Positions 55,832-64,000 of a stretch of 64,000 nt of DNA are shown here, piece by piece. Source of the DNA: Candidatus Eiseniibacteriota bacterium (lineage in GTDB: Bacteria > Eisenbacteria > RBG-16-71-46). The stretch is from positions 2,368,001-2,432,000 of the forward strand of contig OY970342.1 in the NCBI GenBank assembly GCA_963717505.1, written 5' to 3'. Numbering within the stretch: position 1 is the stretch's first letter; each line of letters begins with the position of its first letter. The position numbers were made by a program, and so were the translations under genes. The notes beneath the pieces are model-generated. The model did not search any database, was not told where the DNA came from, and saw only the letters and a list, made by a program, of their open reading frames with translations.

Positions 55832-56392
55832 CAGGATCTCCGCCGAAGGGGGGGCACCGAAATCGCAAGGCAGCCAAGAGGTTGATCGTTTCTCGAGGAC
55901 GAATTTCGGCCTTCTGCACCCGCGTCGAGGGGGCAACCGGCTGGAGGGAACCGACAATGCTGCAGGGCCGTCTGACAGAATGTCTCGCCACTCGGCCGTT
56001 GCCGGCGGCCACGGCCGCGGCCATGTGGGTGCGCCGGTTGCGTTCGTGATTGCGAGGATGACGTCTCGACGAACTTGAACCGAGTGGCGTTCGGACTCGT
56101 TTGCGTGCAACGAGAATCTTGTCATTACGAAGAATTGACTTGACGCCCGCCAAGCCGCTGGCTCGCAGCCTTCGCGAACGATTCCGCAACAGCGCGCTGT
56201 CGCGCCTACGTTGCGCCCTGAGCCCAGGTCTTCAGCCGGCGAGACTGAACGCTCTCCACACTCCGGTTTGTGCGGACGCCGAGGCTACACGAGCGCCGAA
56301 AACACGTGTGCTCTAATCGGTGAGCCCCAACGGGTCGGGTAGGACACCCGGCCGCAGCATCAGGCTCGCCCCCGAGTCAGGAAGTGCGAATC

Positions 56393-57700
56393 ATGCACGC
56401 CTACTCGTTGTCCCACTTGAGCGACTCCGATGTGCTCCGAAGTGCGGCTGAGTACAACAGCCAGGAGCGAGGCAGTGCGGCGATGCTCATTGCTCACATC
56501 GCCGAGATCGAGGCCCGTCGGCTGTACCTGCCGGCTGGCTATCCTTCGACGTTCGAGTATTGCGTCAGGGAGCTGAAGTTGTCCGAGGACTCCGCCCTGA
56601 AGCGCCTTCAGGTGGCGATGGCCGCCCGGAACTTTCCGGTTCTCTTTTCGGCGTTGGCGGACGGGCGAATCCATCTGACCGGGGCGCGTCTCATCGCACC
56701 GCATTTGACTGCGGAGAACGTGGGCGAGGTGCTCGCGGCAGCTACCCACCGGCGCAAGTCCGAGATCGAGGAGATGGTGGTCGCGCGCTTCGGCAGCTCG
56801 GAACGCGCTCGACCGATGACGTCGATTACTCCTGTGAAAGTTTTACATGCCCCGGGGCATGTAATTCCTACACTGTTGGACTCGGTCGCCGAACCTGCCC
56901 CGGCTTCGACGGACGAACCCCAGGCGGAAGAACCGGTCCAGGAGCCGCCAGCCCCGCCGCCCGTGTGTTTCAAGCTCCAAGTCGTGATCGAGAAGAGCAC
57001 GCACGACAAGTTGCGGCATCTCCAAGGGCTGCTCAGCCATGCGCTCCCCTCCGGCGACGTGGCACAGGTTCTCGACCGGTCGTTCGATGCCTTGATTGCT
57101 CAGCTCGAGCGACGGAAGTTCGCGGCAACGGCGAAGGCGCGACGCACGGGCCCCTCGAGCGCCGACCCCCGACACATACCCGCCCACGTGAAGCGAGCCG
57201 TACGAGAGCGGGATCAAGGGCAGTGCACCTTCGTGAGCAACACCGGCCACCGCTGCGGTGCGCGAAAATTCATCGAGTACGACCATATCGACCCGGTGGC
57301 CCGCGGCGGCCAATCGACCGTGGATAACCTGCGTCTGCGCTGCCGGGCCCACAACCAATACGAGGCCGAACGTGTGTTCGGAGAGAGCTTCATGGACCAG
57401 AAGCGAGAGGCGGCTCGAAGCGCGGTGGTGAGTCGTGCGCAGGCACCGGCGGTGGAATCCCGCGCTCGGGCCGAAGCCGGGGAAGCACGTGCATGCTCCG
57501 CCGAGGAGCATTCCAAAGACATCATCGCTGGTCTGCGAGAACTCGGCTTTCGCGCCGACCAGGCGCGACGCGCGGCCGAGTATTGTGCGACCCTGCACAA
57601 CGCCACGCTTGAAGCCCGCATGCGGGCCGCACTCAAGTTCCTGTGCCCCAAGCGATCACACCCACCCAACGCGCTTGCGCACCAGAACCACAGATTGTGA
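56393..57700 (+). CDS. HNH endonuclease with DUF222-like N-terminus and RuvA-CTD-like C-terminus; possible selfish element
   Basis: IAEIEARRLYL..GYPSTFEYC; RDQGQC...C......EYDHIDPVARGG.STVDNLRLRCRAHN; IIAGLRELGF. Confidence 0.8.
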   Translation: MHAYSLSHLSDSDVLRSAAEYNSQERGSAAMLIAHIAEIEARRLYLPAGYPSTFEYCVRELKLSEDSALKRLQVAMAARNFPVLFSALADGRIHLTGARLIAPHLTAENVGEVLAAATHRRKSEIEEMVVARFGSSERARPMTSITPVKVLHAPGHVIPTLLDSVAEPAPASTDEPQAEEPVQEPPAPPPVCFKLQVVIEKSTHDKLRHLQGLLSHALPSGDVAQVLDRSFDALIAQLERRKFAATAKARRTGPSSADPRHIPAHVKRAVRERDQGQCTFVSNTGHRCGARKFIEYDHIDPVARGGQSTVDNLRLRCRAHNQYEAERVFGESFMDQKREAARSAVVSRAQAPAVESRARAEAGEARACSAEEHSKDIIAGLRELGFRADQARRAAEYCATLHNATLEARMRAALKFLCPKRSHPPNALAHQNHRL

Positions 57701-57784
57701 AACCTATCCCGCCACTTCTGGAGCACGGGGCCTGCGCTTCGGCGAAGTGCACATTCCCTACGGCGAGCGCGTCGGCACGGTGAA
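57656..57784. repeat. Rearranged duplicate of the GT2 3' end: 57656-57724 direct copy of 61459-61528; 57725-57784 inverted copy of 61529-61588
   Basis: Manual alignment: 5 substitutions and one 1-bp deletion. Confidence 0.92.
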
Positions 57785-57867
57785 TGAACCCCGGGATTTG
57801 CTTGACAACCCCATGGCATGAGGGAAGCTTTGAGGTAGCGGAGCGGAAGCCCGACGGGGGCACCTGA

Positions 57868-60270
57868 ATGCAGCTTTCGGTTCAACTCGGCGTATCGGGG
57901 CGGAGAGACGATGTTGGGGTCCTTCTGGCCAGGGCCCGTTGGTTTCTGCTCGTCCTAGGACTAACAAGTATTGCGCAGCCATCTCCGACGCTGGCAGCGC
58001 TGGATGTCGAGGATCAGGGCCCGACCGTTACAGTCGGCGGTTTCTCGATGCGGGTCACTAACGCAGGCATTCTTGGAAACGCTTTCTTCGACGTGGGCCG
58101 ATCCTTCGACCCATCGTTCGAGTTTCCGTCTCATTCCGGTAACGAATGCCTGAACTACGGAGCCCTCTGGGTCGGGGCAAGGCTTCCCTCGGGGCGGGTG
58201 CGGGTCAGCGGCGGGCCAATCCTCGAGTGGCGACCGACCCTCGCGGAGGACGACCGGGTTCGGATCGCAGCGACCGGACACCTGGGGACTACCCGGCTAG
58301 TCGACGATGATGGCGACCGAGAAATCGACGAAGAGTGGCTCGATGGCCGTGACGACGACGGCGATCTTCGCGTAGACGAGGACCTCGGACTCGATGCGGA
58401 TCAGGTTGCCTTCGCAACCTTTTCAGATTTCGAACAGGCTGCGACTACCGGATCCTATCCCGGTGGAGAAGCTCACGAGCCATTGGGCCTGGTGGTGCGG
58501 CAAACGGCAATGGCTTGGACGAACCCGTCCTTGCGCGGAATCGCTGGCATACGGTTCGAGATCACCAATGTTGGCGATCAGCCCCTCTACGATGTTTACG
58601 TCGGCGTGTATTCAGACCTGGATTCTCGCAGGCGGTCCGATGTTGCAGGGCACCTGAACGATCGCCTTGTGCGCGGAACCGAACAGGTGGTCATCCCGAC
58701 CGGACGATCCGGGGTGACTGCCGGTGGTCGGGCAACGATTCTGGACTGCCAGGATGAGCTGGCTGCGGATTACGTCGCCGTCCTTGACGGTGTCCTTGGA
58801 ACCAACCTTCCGGCGGTGGCGGTAGTGCCGCTGGCACACACGCTGGATCCTCTGGCCTGGATTCCCGCAGGCCAAGCGTATGCCACGACACCACGTGAGC
58901 TGCAGTTCTCGACCACAGTGTTCCTTCCCGCGGGCTCGGCGTCGCGTGGCTTTGTGCCCATCTTCGATACCGACCGATATTCGGCGCTACGGGGGGAGTA
59001 TCCGGATGCGCCTGCGGACGTCCGCGGCGACTTCAGCACGTTGGTGAGTTGCGGTCCCTTTTCTCCACTCCAGCCGGGGCGAGCAATTCAGTTTGCGGTT
59101 GCTATTGTCGCGGCATCCGCCGCCGACAGCATCCCTACGGCCGTCCGCCGCGTGCTCTCCCTCTACAACGGCATCACGGTCAACTTGCTTCCCGACTCGA
59201 TTCCAGTGTCCGAGCGGGATCAATTCCGTTCAGGCGCAACCGGGACCTTCGGACACGAAGTGTGTGTCGAGCCTCCGCCCGGAGTGACGTTCACGGCGGA
59301 TCCTCACTGCACCTCTTACTTTTCGTCCGCGGAAGGCGCGCCATTGTCGGAACCTGCGCTCTATGCGCCCGGTTCTTGCGTGTGGACGAACGCCGACTGC
59401 GACCTTTGTACCGGTATGAACGGGAACGAGACGCGATTGCATTGGTTCGATGGCATCATCGCAGCTCCATCGCCCGGGCAGACAACCACGCCGGGTGATC
59501 ATCAGGTCCAGATCGCGTGGGACAACCTGCCCGAGGTTCTCTCGGCCGCGGGACAGCTGGGACCCTGGCCGAATCACGTGGTGGGCTACCGCGTGTGGAA
59601 ACTGGCGGACTGGCGCCGCAGGTCGGCCGCCTTGCCACCTCGCGAGAACTGGGCACTCATGGCGGCATTTGCCTTCGGATCCGGCGATACACTCTTCGGC
59701 GAGCAAAACATGCTGGCGGCGACCGATTCGTCATTGGACTATCGAGAGATCCTGTACGAGAGGAAGTGGTATCCGGTTGGCCGTTATCGAATCACGGACC
59801 GTGAAGTGCACAACGGCTTCGACTACGTCTATCGGGTCACGACCGTGTCCGAGCTCGAGGTGATCATGGCGGGCGAGAGGGCGGGTCGTGAAAATGGAAA
59901 CACCCCTGGTCGCAATGTGACCGATGTCGTCGTGCCCCATGCAGGCGCCTCGAGCATCGCGGGTGCGGTCTGGGTCGTTCCGAATCCGTATCGGGGTCAC
60001 GCCGACTGGGACCGTCCACCGGTTGCCGGCAATCCGATCGGTCAACATGTCGACTTCATGGGCCTGCCACAGGCGCGGGCGACGATCAAGATCTGGACGG
60101 TGTCAGGCGACTTCGTTGCTCAGGTCGATCATGACGGCACCGCCGGAGACGGCCAAGCCGCTTGGAATCTGGTATCGAGAAACGGCCAGGACGTCGTATC
60201 GGGAATCTACCTGTTCACGGTGACATCAGCGCTGGGTAGTCAGGCCGGAAGATTCGTGATCATCCGATGA
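57868..60270 (+). CDS. Large secreted protein with Asp-rich Ca-binding-like repeat and T9SS-CTD/FlgD-like C-terminal domain
   Basis: Signal-like N-terminus; PSFEFP..SG...L..GALWVGA; DDDGDREIDE..DGRDDDGDLRVDED; VVPNPY...IKIWTVSGD...WNLVSRNGQDVVSGIYLF...GRFVIIR. Confidence 0.78.
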   Translation: MQLSVQLGVSGRRDDVGVLLARARWFLLVLGLTSIAQPSPTLAALDVEDQGPTVTVGGFSMRVTNAGILGNAFFDVGRSFDPSFEFPSHSGNECLNYGALWVGARLPSGRVRVSGGPILEWRPTLAEDDRVRIAATGHLGTTRLVDDDGDREIDEEWLDGRDDDGDLRVDEDLGLDADQVAFATFSDFEQAATTGSYPGGEAHEPLGLVVRQTAMAWTNPSLRGIAGIRFEITNVGDQPLYDVYVGVYSDLDSRRRSDVAGHLNDRLVRGTEQVVIPTGRSGVTAGGRATILDCQDELAADYVAVLDGVLGTNLPAVAVVPLAHTLDPLAWIPAGQAYATTPRELQFSTTVFLPAGSASRGFVPIFDTDRYSALRGEYPDAPADVRGDFSTLVSCGPFSPLQPGRAIQFAVAIVAASAADSIPTAVRRVLSLYNGITVNLLPDSIPVSERDQFRSGATGTFGHEVCVEPPPGVTFTADPHCTSYFSSAEGAPLSEPALYAPGSCVWTNADCDLCTGMNGNETRLHWFDGIIAAPSPGQTTTPGDHQVQIAWDNLPEVLSAAGQLGPWPNHVVGYRVWKLADWRRRSAALPPRENWALMAAFAFGSGDTLFGEQNMLAATDSSLDYREILYERKWYPVGRYRITDREVHNGFDYVYRVTTVSELEVIMAGERAGRENGNTPGRNVTDVVVPHAGASSIAGAVWVVPNPYRGHADWDRPPVAGNPIGQHVDFMGLPQARATIKIWTVSGDFVAQVDHDGTAGDGQAAWNLVSRNGQDVVSGIYLFTVTSALGSQAGRFVIIR

Positions 60271-61448
60271 AAGCACAAGTCACAGTGGTTGTAGTGACTG
60301 CCCTCGTTCTGGCGTCGTGCGAGGAGGCCTCGCCGCCTCCGGCAGCGCCCGTGCCGCCGCCACCTGCGATCGCCGAGGTGTCGCCAGAACCTCGGAGCAC
60401 GGGCGTCCGGGACGATGCCGGGATCCGGGTGCAGTTCAGCGAGGCCATGGATCCGACCACGCTGAGCCCTAGGAACGTTTCCGTGCGCGTGGATGAGCGA
60501 TACGTCGACGTTCGCCTGGCCTGGGACCCGCAGACGTGGGAGCTGCGCATCGACCCCGTCGATAACATGGTGCTCAGCAGGACCCACACCGTCCGACTCG
60601 AAACTGGCATCCGTTCTGCGAAGGGTCTTGCCCTCACGAGCCCATACTGGTGGCAGTTCACCACGATTGGTATCCGGAGTCCGCGGGCACCATGGCCCCC
60701 GAATGATACCGATGGCGAGTCGCCATTCGTACGGCTTGCGTGGCAGCACGCGGATGTCGGGGAGCAGCAGATACAGTATCTCCTGTTTGCTAACGTGGAT
60801 TCGGCGAAGGTTGCAGAGCGGATCGGGGGGCCAATCGCGGCGACAACGGCCCCATTGTTCCTGCCGACCAGCCGGTGGCCCCAGGGAGTTCGCAACTACT
60901 GGGCAGTGACAGCCCGAAACCTATCCACGGGAGAGCAGGTCGATGGGCCAGTGTGGAGCTTCCGGACGTTTTCTACAGAGAGCGCGACTGAGACCGTCGA
61001 GCTACCACTCTCCGATTGGTCGTTTCTCACGTACCTAGGAGATCAGCTGTGCTTCGGCGCATCCTTCGAGACGGGTGGCGAGGTCAGCAACTGCGCGATC
61101 CGGTGGGACCTGCGTCCACTGGGGCCCAGGAAGCTGGCCTCGGCTCAGATGGTCCTGGGGCAGATCGGAACCAGCTCCGCACGCACCAACGTCTATTCGT
61201 CGAACGACTGGCGGGCGTGCTTCCTACAGACCCCCGGGCCGCCCCATTCGGTCTCCCTCATGGGGAGCGGGGTCAGTGACGGAACGGCCATCACCGTGGC
61301 ATCCGACGTCCTGACAGCGCACCTCGAAGCCACGATGCGGTACCGAGGTTACTTCGGGTATGTCCTCAGTTCGTCGGCCCACCGCGTGTACCCGGCTTCA
61401 CAATGTCGGCTGGTCCTGACCCTCTACCGGGAGGGCGCTGCGAACTAG
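60267..61448 (+). CDS. Lipoprotein with Ig-like (Big_5-type) domain
   Basis: Lipobox LASC; IRVQFSEAMDPTTL...WWQFTT; ATGA overlap with upstream gene. Confidence 0.72.
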   Translation: MKAQVTVVVVTALVLASCEEASPPPAAPVPPPPAIAEVSPEPRSTGVRDDAGIRVQFSEAMDPTTLSPRNVSVRVDERYVDVRLAWDPQTWELRIDPVDNMVLSRTHTVRLETGIRSAKGLALTSPYWWQFTTIGIRSPRAPWPPNDTDGESPFVRLAWQHADVGEQQIQYLLFANVDSAKVAERIGGPIAATTAPLFLPTSRWPQGVRNYWAVTARNLSTGEQVDGPVWSFRTFSTESATETVELPLSDWSFLTYLGDQLCFGASFETGGEVSNCAIRWDLRPLGPRKLASAQMVLGQIGTSSARTNVYSSNDWRACFLQTPGPPHSVSLMGSGVSDGTAITVASDVLTAHLEATMRYRGYFGYVLSSSAHRVYPASQCRLVLTLYREGAAN

Positions 61449-61458
61449 CTCTCGGGAC

Positions 61459-62133
61459 TCACACCCACCCAACCCGTTTCCGCACCAGGAACCACAGATT
61501 GTGAAACCCATCCCGCCACTTCTGGAGCTTCACCGTGCCGACCCGCTCGCCGTAGGGAATGTGCACTTCGCCGAAGCGCAGGCCCCGTAGGATCGCTTCG
61601 ATCTTGATTTCCTCGCTGAACGCCATCCCCGGCGAGGTCAGTTTGAGCCGGGGGAGGATCGACCGGCGAAACACCCACATGCCCGACTGGCTGTCGCGGA
61701 TCGAGCGCCAATAGAGCACGCGCGTCGCCTGAGTCAGGATCCAGTTGCCGAGCTGGTTGGTGCCGCTCATCGCCGACGGCTCGGCGAGCGGGAAGCGGCA
61801 GGCCGAGAGAAAGTCCCATTGGCGATCTTCCAGCTGGCCGACCAGACGCGGAATCTCTTCCGGCGGGTAGGTGGCGTCGCCGTCGAGCGACACGATCACG
61901 TCGCCGGTCGCCGCCGCGAAGCCTCCGGCCAGGGCTGCGCCATAGCCGCGGGTCTCGACCGGGATCACGCGCGCGCCCATCGAGCGCGCGACCTCGGCGG
62001 TGCGATCCGTGCTGCGGTTGTCGGCGACCACGATTTCGTCGACGCGGACCGGCATGCGCAGGATCACCTGGCGAATGCCGCCTTCTTCGTTGAAGCACGG
62101 AACTACGGCGCTGATGCGCAGGTTACGGATCAT
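61459..62133 (-). CDS. Glycosyltransferase family 2 (DPM-synthase-like)
   Basis: VVPCFNEE, ADNRSTDRT, RGYGAAL, DGDATYP, DSQSGM. Confidence 0.9.
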   Translation of the reverse strand: MIRNLRISAVVPCFNEEGGIRQVILRMPVRVDEIVVADNRSTDRTAEVARSMGARVIPVETRGYGAALAGGFAAATGDVIVSLDGDATYPPEEIPRLVGQLEDRQWDFLSACRFPLAEPSAMSGTNQLGNWILTQATRVLYWRSIRDSQSGMWVFRRSILPRLKLTSPGMAFSEEIKIEAILRGLRFGEVHIPYGERVGTVKLQKWRDGFHNLWFLVRKRVGWV

Positions 62134-62279
62134 GAGCCGTGGAGCGGTACCGGAAGTGACGGGTCTTTGACAAGTAATCCTGCAAATTCAGCGCATTCCT
62201 GTGCTAGTTTGCGGCAACGGTCCGCAGGGAGCGGGCCATCCGGACCTTCTCCGCCTCCACGGCGCGCCGGATTCAGGAC

Positions 62280-63455
62280 ATGGACGATCAGCCCATCCGT
62301 CTCACCCTCGTGGATCTCTCGCGCGGCATCGGCCTGGCCGAGCGCTCGCTGTGGGAGCTGGCGACCCGACTGCGCCGCGGGCGCTATGAAGTCCGCGCCT
62401 GGCTTTCGGGATCTTCCGACCTCGACGACCTGGCCTGGGCGTTGAGCGACCAGGACGTCACGGTCGAGCGCTTCGAGACCGATTCCAGCCGCTGGAACTG
62501 GCGGACACCGTTCGGCCAGTGGCTTCAGCTCCGCCGCGAGCGTCCCCGTCTGGTCCACGTGCATCACGCGCCCGGCGCCGGTTCGCTGCGGGTCGCGCGC
62601 CTGGCGTCGGCGGACGGCATTCCGGTGGTGGTCAGCTGCCATGCGGACATTCCGGCCCTGGTCACCGACACGAACGCCAAGCGGGTCTACGAGTGCGCCG
62701 ACCTGGTCACCACCTCGACCCAGGGCGACGCCGAGCAATTGGTTCATGGCTGGGGCGTCGATCGCGCGCGGGTTCGCGCGATTCCCTATGGCGCCGACCT
62801 GCCCGACGACGACTTCGAGCGGCCCGAGGCTCTGGCCTGGCGTGCGCGAATGGGGGCTCGGCCAGTGCGCCCGCTGTGGGTGTGTCCGCTGAGGCTCGAG
62901 CCACGGCGCGGCATCGAAGTCCTGCTCGGCGCACTTGCCGAGCTGCGCGAACGCGGCATCCTGTTCGTCGCGGCATTCTCGGGTTCGGGGCCCGAGCGCA
63001 TGGCGCTCGAGCAGCGCGCCGAGTCCATGGGGCTCGGCGCCGACGTTCGTTTTCTCGAGCCGGTCGAGCCGCAGGGGCCGCTGTTGGCCGCGGCCGACCT
63101 CACGATCTTCCCATCGCTCGACGGGCCGGTGCCGCTGTCGCTGCTCGACGCCCTGGCGCGCGGCCGTCCGGTGGTCGCGACCTCGGTGCCGGCGGTCAAG
63201 GATCTGATTCGCGACGGCGTCGACGGCCGACTCGTGCCCCCGGGCGATGCCGGCGCCCTGGCGGCGACGCTCGAGGACATGCATCGCCGCCCCGATGCCG
63301 CGGGACGCATGGGTGCTGAGGCCGCGTGGCGAGCGCGCGACGAGTTCTCGTGGGGCCGCGTGGTCGAGCAATTCGAGGATTCCTACGACGAAGTCCTCGG
63401 GCTCGCCAGCTTCTCGACGGCGACGCGGTCGCCGGGCCGGCACTCGAACCGCTAG
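62280..63455 (+). CDS. Glycosyltransferase family 4 with degenerate motifs
   Basis: GSGPER..LE, AADLTIFPS, ALARGRPVVAT, DGVDGRLVPPGD. Confidence 0.8.
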   Translation: MDDQPIRLTLVDLSRGIGLAERSLWELATRLRRGRYEVRAWLSGSSDLDDLAWALSDQDVTVERFETDSSRWNWRTPFGQWLQLRRERPRLVHVHHAPGAGSLRVARLASADGIPVVVSCHADIPALVTDTNAKRVYECADLVTTSTQGDAEQLVHGWGVDRARVRAIPYGADLPDDDFERPEALAWRARMGARPVRPLWVCPLRLEPRRGIEVLLGALAELRERGILFVAAFSGSGPERMALEQRAESMGLGADVRFLEPVEPQGPLLAAADLTIFPSLDGPVPLSLLDALARGRPVVATSVPAVKDLIRDGVDGRLVPPGDAGALAATLEDMHRRPDAAGRMGAEAAWRARDEFSWGRVVEQFEDSYDEVLGLASFSTATRSPGRHSNR

Positions 63456-63466
63456 TATCCGGTCGC

Positions 63467-64000
63467 ATGTCCCAACGATTCGCGCTGGTGCTCGCCGGAG
63501 GGCGCGGCGAGCGATTCTGGCCGTGGAGCACGCCCGCCCGTCCCAAGCAGCTGCTGCCGCTGGCCAAGGGCGGGCGCACGCTGTTGGCCGCCACCCTCGA
63601 TCGAGCGCTGGCGCTGGCGCCGGCCGACCACGTGCTGGTGCTGACCGCGGCCGATCTGGTCGATGCCGTGCGCCGCGAGTGCGGCTCACTCGGCGTCCAG
63701 ATCGTGGGGGAGCCGATGATGCGCAACACCGCGGCCGCGATCGGTGCGGCGGCGGCGTGGTTTTCGGCGCGCGACCCCGGGGCGGTGTTCGCAGTTTTGC
63801 CCGCGGACCATGCCATCGACGACCAGTCTGCCTTCACTGCCGATCTCTCTCGAGCCATGGACGTCGCGTCCAAAGAAGCCGCGTTGCTGACCTTCGGGAT
63901 CAAGCCGACCGGGCCGGACACCAACTTTGGCTATATCCGCACCGGGGACACGTTGGGTGAGAGACTGTTCCGGGTCGCCCAGTTCACCGAGAAACCCAAT
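63467..64000 (+). CDS. manC: Mannose-1-phosphate guanylyltransferase, 3'-truncated by window edge
   Basis: LVLAGGRGERFWPWS...PKQLL, EPMMRNTA, PADH, TFGIKPT.PDTNFGYI, FTEKP. Confidence 0.9.
   Translation, partial: MSQRFALVLAGGRGERFWPWSTPARPKQLLPLAKGGRTLLAATLDRALALAPADHVLVLTAADLVDAVRRECGSLGVQIVGEPMMRNTAAAIGAAAAWFSARDPGAVFAVLPADHAIDDQSAFTADLSRAMDVASKEAALLTFGIKPTGPDTNFGYIRTGDTLGERLFRVAQFTEKPN

Noticed and set aside
55745-56125. N-terminal extension of the 342-aa ORF and other ORFs in 55.6-56.3 kb
   Set aside because: The SD and sigma54 promoter place the start at 55744; the upstream region looks non-coding.
57656-61588. Repeat pair as a diversity-generating retroelement TR/VR
   Set aside because: Differences are not adenine-specific, are mostly synonymous, and no reverse transcriptase is in the window.

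Overview
High-GC bacterial chromosomal window. Gene content (SprA-like translocon, C-terminal 'WGxLKxxY' motif, T9SS-like CTD protein) suggests an FCB-related lineage such as Ca. Eisenbacteria; this is inference only. Most of it is housekeeping: rfaE1/E2, sucCD, ndk, yceD-rpmF-plsX-fabHDG-acpP-fabF-rnc, an ECF sigma/anti-sigma/HtrA module, aroB-aroQ-accB-pilT-accC-comB, lptFG, sprA, rimP-nusA-infB-rbfA-truB-ribF, rpsO-pnp and a glycosylation cluster. Frameshifts cluster at about 25-31 kb, 42.7 kb and 49-54 kb and look like sequencing indels. An accessory region at about 55.1-61.5 kb holds a sigma54-driven CxxCH secreted protein, an HNH gene and a two-gene insert. The insert is bounded by a ~130-bp duplicate of a glycosyltransferase 3' end in which a 60-bp segment is precisely inverted. 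Best leads: (1) that duplication/inversion, (2) a SprA/T9SS-like system outside Bacteroidota with three different C-terminal sorting signals, (3) an RNase III with RNase E-like scaffold features, (4) a protease-dead HtrA in an ECF operon. No tRNA, rRNA, CRISPR array, integrase or reverse transcriptase was seen.
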